From the NCBI GenBank assembly GCA_036012755.1, contig DASCPX010000133.1, positions 1 to 18,411 of the forward strand: a stretch of DNA of 18,411 nucleotides. The letters run 5' to 3'. This document shows, one piece after another, positions 1-7,159 of this stretch (its first letter is position 1; every line of letters begins with the position of its first letter). The notes beneath the pieces were generated by a model. That model did no database searches. It was not told where the DNA came from and was given only the letters and a program-made list of their open reading frames with translations. The stretch comes from Myxococcota bacterium. GTDB lineage: Bacteria; Myxococcota_A; UBA796; CAJQPC01. The position numbers and the translations under genes are program-made.

Positions 1-101
1 GTGTTGTCAGCGTTGTCGGCGTTCTCGTCCTTGTCGCCACAGGCGATCAGGGCGAAGGCTGCAGTCGCGGTAGCGGCAACAGCGAGGAGCTTCATGTTCA
101 T
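1..101 (-). CDS. Small lipoprotein-signal peptide, paralog of 217..429; 3' part runs off the window
   Basis: My translation: MNMKLLAVAATATAAFALIACGDKDENADNADN(T)..., 32/33 identical to the start of 217..429. GAGGTG RBS at 106-111. Alternative ATGs at 104 and 95. Not in the ORF track because it has no stop in the window. Confidence 0.85.
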   Translation of the reverse strand, partial: MNMKLLAVAATATAAFALIACGDKDENADNADN

Positions 102-165
102 CATTCACCTCAGTGTTTCTCGGGGGCCGCTTCGGCGACCGCCGACCTTCTATCGCGTGAGATCC

Positions 166-198
166 AAAAAGAAAACCCCCGACCGAGGTCGAGGGCTC
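166..198 (-). terminator. Rho-independent terminator after the 217..429 gene
   Basis: Minus strand CCCTCGAC-ctcg-GTCGGGGG stem (one G-U pair) followed by TTTTCTTTTT, about 20 nt after the TGA. Confidence 0.8.
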
Positions 199-216
199 CT
201 TGGATTCCGTGAGGAA

Positions 217-429
217 TCAGCCGCCACAGGCGTTGCATGCGTTGCAGGCGTTGCATGCGTTGCAGGCGTTGCATGCGTTGCAGGCGTTGCAGGCGTTGCA
301 TGCGTTGCATGCGTTGCAGGCGTTGTCAGCGTTGTCAGCGTTGTCGGCGTTCTCGTCCTTGTCGCCACAGGCGATCAGGGCGAAAGCTGCGGTAGCAGTG
401 GCGGCCACTGCAAGAAGCTTGGTGTTCAT
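217..429 (-). CDS. 70-aa Cys-rich repeat lipoprotein or possible RiPP precursor: signal peptide-LIAC-GDKDE-(NAD)3-(NAC)11-GG
   Basis: Basic N-terminus, hydrophobic Ala-rich stretch and lipobox LIA|C. GAGGAG RBS at 439-444. Terminator downstream. Variation among the NAC repeat units falls at synonymous positions in this frame. Adjacent paralog. Confidence 0.85.
   Translation of the reverse strand: MNTKLLAVAATATAAFALIACGDKDENADNADNADNACNACNACNACNACNACNACNACNACNACNACGG
226..351 (-). repeat. 9-bp tandem repeat, 14 units (AAC GCN GAC x3, AAC GCN TGY x11)
   Basis: Read directly: units aacgcctgc / aacgcatgc / aacgctgac and close variants. Confidence 0.95.
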
Positions 430-494
430 TTTTTGAGTCTCCTCTCAGGTTCTTGCGGATGTCCAAATTGGGGAACCCAATCAGACCCACGCGA

Positions 495-522
495 ATGTTA
501 CAGGTGCTTGGTGACTTGTCAA
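495..522 (-). promoter_or_regulatory. Putative sigma70-type promoter for the NAC peptide gene
   Basis: Minus strand TTGACA (522-517), 16-nt spacer, TAACAT (500-495), about 65 nt upstream of ATG 429. Confidence 0.55.
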
Positions 523-1952
523 GAGAGCCCCCGCTGAGTGCGCTCGCGCGGGTTTTCGGGCCCAACACGCCACCATGGAAGGCCGTGGTGGGTGTCGTGG
601 TCGCACAAGTGGTCCTCGCGGGGTTGATGGTGGTCGACTGGCGAGCACCGGTCGCCGTCGTTCTCGGCGTCGGGCTCGTAGTCCTCGCGCTCCGCAGACC
701 GCTGGTCGCCGTGGGTCTTCTCATCGCTGGTCGGCTGCTGTCGACAGGCTCGATGTCGTTCATCCGGATCGGCAAGGTCAACATCGGGTTGTTCGAGCCC
801 GTGTTGTTCCTCGCCCTGGCTGCGCTGGCGATCCACGCGATCACCCGCAAGCAACCACTCCTGCAGAAGTGGCCGTGGCGCGGCCCTTTGCTGGTCCTGG
901 CCGGCTGGCAGGTGTTGGGCCTGCTCTGGTGCCACTCGCTGGGCGGAGGAATCCAGGAGCTGATCGCCGTCGGGGTCATCTTCGCGACGGCGACCGTGTT
1001 GCTCACCTACGTGCGGACCTACGAGGACTTTCGGGTCGTCGTCAGCGCCTGGCTCGGCGCAGCGGTGCTCATCGGACTGCTCGCCCTGACGACCGACTGG
1101 ACCGGGGTCGGCGAGGTGAAGGACACCTGGGAGGTCGCCGCCGGCGGGGGGCGCGAGACGGGACTCGGGCAGCAACCCAACTGGTTTGCCATGAACCTGA
1201 TGTTCATCGTGCTCACCGCCTTCGGAATGGCCGCGGTCGAAGAGCGCCGCTGGCTGCGCTGGCTCTTCGTCGCGGCTGGCTTCTTCGTGTTCGTGTCCCA
1301 GCTGCGCTCCGGCTCGCGCGGCGGCATCTACGCCCTCGCGATCGGCTCCGGCCTGGTCGGGCTGGCCCATCCCATCGCGCGGAAGTGGGTCGCCCGCTTC
1401 GGCGTCCTGGCCGGCCTGGTGTTCCTCGGCTTCTGGCTCTTCGGCGAAGGTGGAAGCACGACCAAGGCCGTCAACCGCATCCTCATGAACCTCGGCAACA
1501 CCTGGGGCGAGGACGTGCGCGAGCAGAACTGGGTCGTCTGCATGGAGATGTTCGCCGAGACCTGGGGTCGCGGGATCGGGCCAGGGGGCTACCCGGAGCT
1601 GGTCGCCGACTACAACTGGCGCATCTACGACTCCATCCACAAGTACCCCCACGGCATCTTCTGGGGAGTCATGGCCCACTACGGCGTCGTGGGCCTTGGC
1701 CTCGCAGGGTGGCTCGTCGTGCTCGTGTTCCGCATGAGTCGTGATCTCGTGCGCTGGACTCGCGGCACCGCCGTCGAGGTCTTCGCGTGGACCATGCCAG
1801 CTACGATGCTGGGATACGCGCTGTGGTCCTTCGTCGAGTTCAACTTCGACGACAAGCCGTTCTGGGAGTTCCTAGCCCTGTTCACCGCTCTCTACCTCTT
1901 CGTCCGCCGCCGTCGCGAATCGGACGGGAAGCTCCCGGAGCTGCCCGCATGA
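495..1952 (+). CDS. O-antigen ligase / Wzy_C-family polytopic membrane protein (start uncertain, could be as far downstream as GTG 585)
   Basis: Many TM segments. Family-like motifs 'GLGQQPNWFA', 'SGSRGG', 'R...W...(W)GRGIGPGGY' and 'YPHGIFWGVMAHYGVVGL'. Confidence 0.75.
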   Translation: MLQVLGDLSREPPLSALARVFGPNTPPWKAVVGVVVAQVVLAGLMVVDWRAPVAVVLGVGLVVLALRRPLVAVGLLIAGRLLSTGSMSFIRIGKVNIGLFEPVLFLALAALAIHAITRKQPLLQKWPWRGPLLVLAGWQVLGLLWCHSLGGGIQELIAVGVIFATATVLLTYVRTYEDFRVVVSAWLGAAVLIGLLALTTDWTGVGEVKDTWEVAAGGGRETGLGQQPNWFAMNLMFIVLTAFGMAAVEERRWLRWLFVAAGFFVFVSQLRSGSRGGIYALAIGSGLVGLAHPIARKWVARFGVLAGLVFLGFWLFGEGGSTTKAVNRILMNLGNTWGEDVREQNWVVCMEMFAETWGRGIGPGGYPELVADYNWRIYDSIHKYPHGIFWGVMAHYGVVGLGLAGWLVVLVFRMSRDLVRWTRGTAVEVFAWTMPATMLGYALWSFVEFNFDDKPFWEFLALFTALYLFVRRRRESDGKLPELPA

Positions 1953-2956
1953 CCCTCGAGGTGGTGCTCTGGATCGCCGTCGTCGTACTCGCCCTGTGGG
2001 CTGGGTGGCTCACGCTCCCGCGCAGTATGGCGCTGGACTGGGAACGCCTCTTCAAGCTCGCACTCGTGACGGGCATTCGAGGGCCGATAGAGGCCCGCGA
2101 TGGCGGAGTCGACGAGTGGCTCCGTGCCGGCCGGGAGCGCGTCTGGTACCACCCGGCGGCCCGCAGCCTGGTGGCGAAGCTGCGTGACCCGGCTGCCTTC
2201 GTGGTGCCCGTGCCGACGCTCAGTGGCGAGAGGGCCCTGATGGAGAAGCTCAGCTCTCTCGAGGACCCGAGCGCCCGCCTGGTCGAGGTCTTCGAGCAGG
2301 GCGGCGATGAGCCGTTGTACGAGGATCCAGCTGGCTTCGGGCCGGACTGGGACCTGGCGAGGATCCTCGGCCCCGGCGCGGGCTGGGAGGAGGTCGCGAC
2401 CTGGTCCGACAGTGTCGTCGAGGTGCTCCGTCGTCGGGCCGAGCACCACAAGTGGGCCATCGTCGGTCACCCGATCCTCGCTCGCTCCCTCGCCCAGGTC
2501 CTAGGGGAGCGTGTCGTCGAGGTCGACGATCTCGAGGAGCTGTCTGGCCTCGTGCCCCGGATGTCGGATCGCGTCGTGATCGTGACCCTGGGCGCTACCG
2601 GGCTCTTCGAGCATCTCCACGAAGCGCCCGCTCTGCGGGACCAGGTCGCGGCGGTGGTGGGCATCGACCTGGAGAACGACCCCGCCTGGCTCGCCGAGCA
2701 CTTCGACAACGAGGCCTTCGACACAGAGGTCAACCGGGCGACGCCCTACTTCCACCTCGCCTTCGTGGAGCGTGACCCGGACCTCGATCGCCTCGAGGCC
2801 TCCCTGCTGCCGGTCCCGCAGGTCCCGGACACCATGCGCGTCGTGCTGGAGCCCATCGATCTCGGCGTGCTGCCGGGTCCGGTGGCGGACTGTCCCCCGG
2901 ATCTGCTCGCCCGCGCCTTGCTGATCGTGGTATCCGCCCGGCTCGCGCTGGCTTGA
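1949..2956 (+). CDS. Hypothetical protein with N-terminal membrane anchor
   Basis: ATGA overlap with the upstream stop at 1949-1952. Begins MTLEVVLWIAVVVLALWAGWLTLP (one TM). Fills the gap to the next gene. Confidence 0.75.
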   Translation: MTLEVVLWIAVVVLALWAGWLTLPRSMALDWERLFKLALVTGIRGPIEARDGGVDEWLRAGRERVWYHPAARSLVAKLRDPAAFVVPVPTLSGERALMEKLSSLEDPSARLVEVFEQGGDEPLYEDPAGFGPDWDLARILGPGAGWEEVATWSDSVVEVLRRRAEHHKWAIVGHPILARSLAQVLGERVVEVDDLEELSGLVPRMSDRVVIVTLGATGLFEHLHEAPALRDQVAAVVGIDLENDPAWLAEHFDNEAFDTEVNRATPYFHLAFVERDPDLDRLEASLLPVPQVPDTMRVVLEPIDLGVLPGPVADCPPDLLARALLIVVSARLALA

Positions 2957-2963
2957 GGGCGTC

Positions 2964-3755
2964 GTGCATCCCTTCCACCGGACCGAGCTGATCGTCGGAA
3001 AGAAGGGCTGGCTGCGCCTCCAGCGCGCAAGCGTCCTGGTGGTCGGGCTGGGCGGGGTCGGCTCCTACGCGGCAGAGGCCATCGCGCGCGGGGGCATAGG
3101 TCGTATCGGTCTCGTCGACTTCGACGATGTCTGCGTGACCAACCTGAACCGGCAGCTCCATGCTCTGAGGCGCACGGTCGGACTGCCGAAGGCCGAGCTC
3201 ATGGCGCAGCGGTGTCGGGCCATCGATCCCAAGCTCGAGATCGACGCGCGAGTCGCCTTCTTCGACGCGGAGACGAGCGACGAGATCCTCGCGCCGGGCT
3301 GGGACTACGTGGTCGACTGCATCGACAACGTGACCGCGAAGCTCCACCTGCTCGAGACCTGCGTGAGTCGGGGGATCCCGGTCGTCGCGGCGTTGGGCGC
3401 TGGGGGCAAGCTCGATCCGACTCGGGTCCGGGTCTCGGCCCTCGGAGAGACCCGCGTCGACCCCTTCGCCAGGATCCTTCGCAAGGAGCTCCGCCGGCGG
3501 GACGTGGAGCTGTCGAGGATCGCGGCAGTGTGGTCGGACGAGCCCCCGGTGGAGCTCGACAGGGACGTGGCGACCGCGTTTCGCTGCATCTGTCCACAGG
3601 GCGACAACGAGGTGCACAGCTGCGATGACCGCAACGTCGTCCAGGGCACCGTCAGCTTCATCCCCCCGCTCTTCGGGTTGGTCGCCGCGGGGGTCGTCGT
3701 CAACGACCTCCTCGGACGGTCTCTGCTCCAGCCGTGCAGTTCGGTCGCGAGCTGA
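2964..3755 (+). CDS. tcdA: ThiF/E1-like enzyme, tRNA threonylcarbamoyladenosine dehydratase-like
   Basis: GLGGVGS, DFDDVCVTNLNRQ, DCIDNVTAK, GAGGKLDPT, DPFARILRKELR, WSDE, GTVSFIPPLFG. Confidence 0.85.
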   Translation: MHPFHRTELIVGKKGWLRLQRASVLVVGLGGVGSYAAEAIARGGIGRIGLVDFDDVCVTNLNRQLHALRRTVGLPKAELMAQRCRAIDPKLEIDARVAFFDAETSDEILAPGWDYVVDCIDNVTAKLHLLETCVSRGIPVVAALGAGGKLDPTRVRVSALGETRVDPFARILRKELRRRDVELSRIAAVWSDEPPVELDRDVATAFRCICPQGDNEVHSCDDRNVVQGTVSFIPPLFGLVAAGVVVNDLLGRSLLQPCSSVAS

Positions 3756-4867
3756 GGGCGCTCTGGGGTCTCGACCCCGACGCGACCTATCTGAACCACG
3801 GGGCCTTCGGTGCGGCCCCGCTCGAGGTCCTGGCCGCACAGCGTGTCTGGCGAGACCGCATGGAGCGCCAGCCATTCCGGTACTTCGTCGACGAGCTCGC
3901 CGAGCTCACACGCGAGGCTGCCGGGCGCCTCGCCGCCTACTGCGGGGCATCCGGCGAGGACCTCGTCTTCGTGCCGAACGCGACCACCGCCATCAACTCG
4001 GTGCTTCGCAGCCTCGAGTTCGCCCCCGGCGATCGCATCGTCGTGCTCGAGCACGTCTACGTCGGGATCGGGCACAGCGTCGAGTACGTCTGCTCCCGCA
4101 CCGGCGCGGTCATGGACAAGGTGCCGCTGCCCTGCCCGCCGGAGTCCGACTTCCTCTCGCGGCTCGGTGAGCGTCTCGTCGGAGCGCGGCTGGCCATCCT
4201 CGACCACATCACCTCGGCGACGGGCCTGCTCCTGCCGATCGAGGAGATGGTGCGGCTCTGTCGGGAGCGTGGGGTGCCGGTGCTCGTCGATGGCGCCCAC
4301 GCCCCGGGTCAGGTTCCGCTGGAGCTCGCTGCGCTCGGGGCCACCTGGTACACCGGAAACGCGCACAAGTGGCTCTGCGCCCCGAAGGGCTGCGCCTTTC
4401 TCTGGGCGTCGCAACAAGGGCAGGTGGGGCTTCATCCGGCTGTGATCTCCAACGGCTACGGTCGTGGCTTCCACGCAGAGTTCGACTACACGGGCACCTC
4501 GGACACGACCGCTCACCTTTCCATCCACGCCTGCCTCGACTTCCGCGCTCGCCTCGGCGACGCGGCGATCCGAGAGCACAACACCGCGCTGGCCAAGGAG
4601 GGTCGCCGGTTGCTGCTCGATGCGCTGGAGACGCAGGGCGCGGGCGCGGAGGCCCATGTCGGCAGCCTCGCGACGATCCGCCTGCCCATGGGAGAGCCGA
4701 CCATGGCGGCGGCACAGCGGCTCTCCAGGCGGATCTGGGAGGGGGATCGGATCGAGGTCCCGATCTTCGCCCATGCCGGCCATCTCTGGCTTCGCATCTC
4801 CGCGCAGATCTACAACGAGCGCGACGAATACCTGAAATTGGCGCAGTTGCTCTCAAGGATGCGCTGA
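3734..4867 (+). CDS. Class V PLP-dependent enzyme (isopenicillin N epimerase / Egt2 / cysteine desulfhydrase-like C-S lyase)
   Basis: YLNHGAFGA, FVPNATTAIN, DHITSATG, VDGAHAPG, GNAHKWLCAPKG (PLP lysine), LRISAQIYN. Confidence 0.85.
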   Translation: MQFGRELRALWGLDPDATYLNHGAFGAAPLEVLAAQRVWRDRMERQPFRYFVDELAELTREAAGRLAAYCGASGEDLVFVPNATTAINSVLRSLEFAPGDRIVVLEHVYVGIGHSVEYVCSRTGAVMDKVPLPCPPESDFLSRLGERLVGARLAILDHITSATGLLLPIEEMVRLCRERGVPVLVDGAHAPGQVPLELAALGATWYTGNAHKWLCAPKGCAFLWASQQGQVGLHPAVISNGYGRGFHAEFDYTGTSDTTAHLSIHACLDFRARLGDAAIREHNTALAKEGRRLLLDALETQGAGAEAHVGSLATIRLPMGEPTMAAAQRLSRRIWEGDRIEVPIFAHAGHLWLRISAQIYNERDEYLKLAQLLSRMR

Positions 4868-4903
4868 GTGATCCGAGTGGGTTCTCAACAGGAGGACCTC
4901 AGC

Positions 4904-6004
4904 ATGGTCATCAGCATTCTCATCGCCTGCAGCACTTCCGAGGACATCATCAGCGTTGAGGAGCTCACCTCGGCATCCACAGCGGACGCCTCCGGGCAGC
5001 CGGACCCCTCCGAGGAGCCTGACTTGGACACGGAGGACGATCCCGACTTCGAGGGTGAGTTTCCCGCGGACGAAGAAGAAGAGGAGCGCTCATTCGATCC
5101 CGACGCTTGCGACGAGGGAGTCGCTGCCAGCATCGGCGAGCGCACCTACGGCGGGCTCCAGGCCGCGCTCGATGCCCTGGGCCCCAACGACGAGGCCGTC
5201 TGGGTCTGTCCGGGTGTGCACACCGGGCCCTTCTACATCACGGCCAACTACGAGGTCGTGGTTCTCGGCGCCGGCGACAAGCCGGACGAGACGATCCTCA
5301 CGACGACCGTCAGCAACGTCCTGAACGTCTTTGCCTGGCGCGGCGGCCAGCAGGGTGAGCCCGGGCGCTTCTTCGCCAGGAACCTCACGGTCATGGGCGG
5401 CTCCGCGGAGCAGGGCGGCGGGATCAGCGCCGCTGCTCAGGAGGTCCACCTCCAGGACGTGATCATCCGCGGCGGCAACGCCACGCAGGGCGGAGGCCTC
5501 TATGTCGACGGTGGGGCTGTCGGAGTGTTGCTCGACAGCGTCGAGTTCTACGACAACGACGCTGTCCGCGGCGGCGGCTTCTACATCGGCGGCTCGGAGG
5601 AGGTCAACCACCTCGAGTTCAGGCAGGTCGGCTTCTACGAGAACGCCGCCACCGACGCCGGCGGCGCCGCCTACTTCGCCAACGGAGACGTCGACGGCAC
5701 CTTCGTCGGTGTGTACGCCCGCGGCAACTCCGCTCCGATCGGCGCGGCCTATCGCTTCGGCGGCAGCGACGAGGCGGCCTACGCCCACTTCGGCATGATC
5801 GGTGGAGGCGTCCACACCAACGTCAGCGAGTCCGGGGCCATCGACGCCTATGGCACCGCCACCGTGGTCGTCGAGGACGTGGACTTCGGCAGCGGCACCG
5901 ACGACAACGAAGGCTTCGATGTCGGCGGCTGCAACGGCGACTTCGGGCCTGGCTCGAGCTTCGTGTACTGGCCCGACGGCGGCATCTACTGCGAAGACGA
6001 GTAG
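4904..6004 (+). CDS. Acidic lipoprotein with right-handed beta-helix (pectin-lyase-like / Pmp-type GGA-FxxN repeats)
   Basis: GGAGG at 4891-4895 before ATG 4904. MVISILIAC lipobox. 'LQAALDA...VWVCPGVH' cap. Repeated GGGI/GGGL/GGGF/GGAA and FYDN/FYEN. Confidence 0.7.
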   Translation: MVISILIACSTSEDIISVEELTSASTADASGQPDPSEEPDLDTEDDPDFEGEFPADEEEEERSFDPDACDEGVAASIGERTYGGLQAALDALGPNDEAVWVCPGVHTGPFYITANYEVVVLGAGDKPDETILTTTVSNVLNVFAWRGGQQGEPGRFFARNLTVMGGSAEQGGGISAAAQEVHLQDVIIRGGNATQGGGLYVDGGAVGVLLDSVEFYDNDAVRGGGFYIGGSEEVNHLEFRQVGFYENAATDAGGAAYFANGDVDGTFVGVYARGNSAPIGAAYRFGGSDEAAYAHFGMIGGGVHTNVSESGAIDAYGTATVVVEDVDFGSGTDDNEGFDVGGCNGDFGPGSSFVYWPDGGIYCEDE

Positions 6005-6074
6005 GCAGACTTCCCGAACTGTCTGTGAATACTGGTCCGTCCAGTCCGTCTCGGGGGGAGACGGAGGACGGACC

Positions 6075-7151
6075 ATGCTGCTTCTCAGCTTCCTGACCGC
6101 TTGCTTGCCTCAGCTCGGGCGCCACGACCGGCCCGATGACGAGACCATCCCCGGCGACGACCTCATGAGCGTCGACGCCATCACCCCCGGCTACTCCAGC
6201 ACCCTTGGCGGTGACGAAGCCGAGATCACCGGAGGCCCCTTCGACGGCAGCGTCAGCGTCGTCATCGGAGGCAACCAGGCAGAGGTGCTCTCGGTCGAGG
6301 CCGACCGGTTGATCGTCGAGCTCCCGCCTGCCTCGGAGGGCATGCGGGACGTGATCGTCGAGAGCGACCTGGCCACGGCCGAGCTCGAGGACGGCATTCG
6401 CTACTTCACCGATGGCACGGGACTCGCCGGAACTGTCGGCGCCATCGAGTGGTACGAGCTGCAAGGCAGCTACTGGACAGAGGACTCCAGCGACTTCGGG
6501 AGCGCCTGGTGGGGCCTCGTCGAGCCAGAGGACGTGCACTACTGGACGCTCTTCGGCGTCGAAGAGGACAGCTGCGTCGCGGCCGCGGACTTCCCGAGCC
6601 TGCGCTTCATGGACACCGGACTGGCCACGACCTCCCTGTCCGTCGGCGAGCGCGACATCGAGCTGGAGGCCCTGGACGACCGCACCTTCGACAGCCTCCT
6701 GTCAGCCAACGAGTACCAGGAGTACTCGACCTACGGCGTCGACATCAACGGCGGCGACCTCCCCGACTTCTCGATCCCGGAGCTCGCTCGCACAGGCGCG
6801 GCCTTCGACCTCTACGCACCCTATGTCTTCGGCTCTGCGCCCCCGGAGCTGGCCAAGAACGAGCTCGAGATCGAGTGGGGCCAGGCCGACGCGGACCGCA
6901 TGGTCATCTGGGTCGAGCGCTACGACGAGGACCTCACAGAAGTCATCGAGGCAGTCGCCTGCGTCGCACGCGATGACGGCGAGTTCAAGGTGCCGGGCTC
7001 GGTCTGGGAGCAGGAGTGGGACTACGACCAGTGGCTCTACATCTACGTCGGCGCTGTCCGCGAGGACGGTGGCACCGTGCCGCTGAACAACGCCGAGTCG
7101 CGGGTCGCAGGGGTCTACTGGCTCCTCGGGGCGGCTTCGACCACGAAGTGA
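6075..7151 (+). CDS. Acidic lipoprotein with IPT/TIG-like domain
   Basis: GGAGG RBS before ATG 6075. MLLLSFLTAC lipobox. 'VDAITPGYSSTLGGDEAEITGGPF...VVIGG...LIVELPP..EG.RDVIV' fits the IPT/TIG pattern. Confidence 0.7.
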   Translation: MLLLSFLTACLPQLGRHDRPDDETIPGDDLMSVDAITPGYSSTLGGDEAEITGGPFDGSVSVVIGGNQAEVLSVEADRLIVELPPASEGMRDVIVESDLATAELEDGIRYFTDGTGLAGTVGAIEWYELQGSYWTEDSSDFGSAWWGLVEPEDVHYWTLFGVEEDSCVAAADFPSLRFMDTGLATTSLSVGERDIELEALDDRTFDSLLSANEYQEYSTYGVDINGGDLPDFSIPELARTGAAFDLYAPYVFGSAPPELAKNELEIEWGQADADRMVIWVERYDEDLTEVIEAVACVARDDGEFKVPGSVWEQEWDYDQWLYIYVGAVREDGGTVPLNNAESRVAGVYWLLGAASTTK

Positions 7152-7159
7152 GGGCACCC

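Noticed and set aside
176..219. Selenocysteine read-through at CGG-TGA with a downstream hairpin
   Set aside because: The hairpin has a U-tract typical of a terminator, and read-through is not in frame with the next paralog.
226..351. CRISPR-like array
   Set aside because: Contiguous 9-bp units with no spacers and no cas genes; it is a coding repeat.
1..537. Other reading frames of the 9-bp repeat (VACVAG, QRMQRL, HATPAT, ALQALH ORFs)
   Set aside because: Only the NAC frame has an RBS, signal peptide, terminator and a paralog, and repeat variation is synonymous in that frame.
2964..3755. ThiF enzyme as maturase of the NAC peptides
   Set aside because: Motifs match the TcdA subfamily, it has no apparent peptide-recognition extension, and it lies in the opposite transcription unit.
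3734..4867. Cysteine desulfurase (SufS/IscS) or beta-lactam pathway gene
   Set aside because: No catalytic Cys loop and no beta-lactam genes in the window; only a family-level call is supported.
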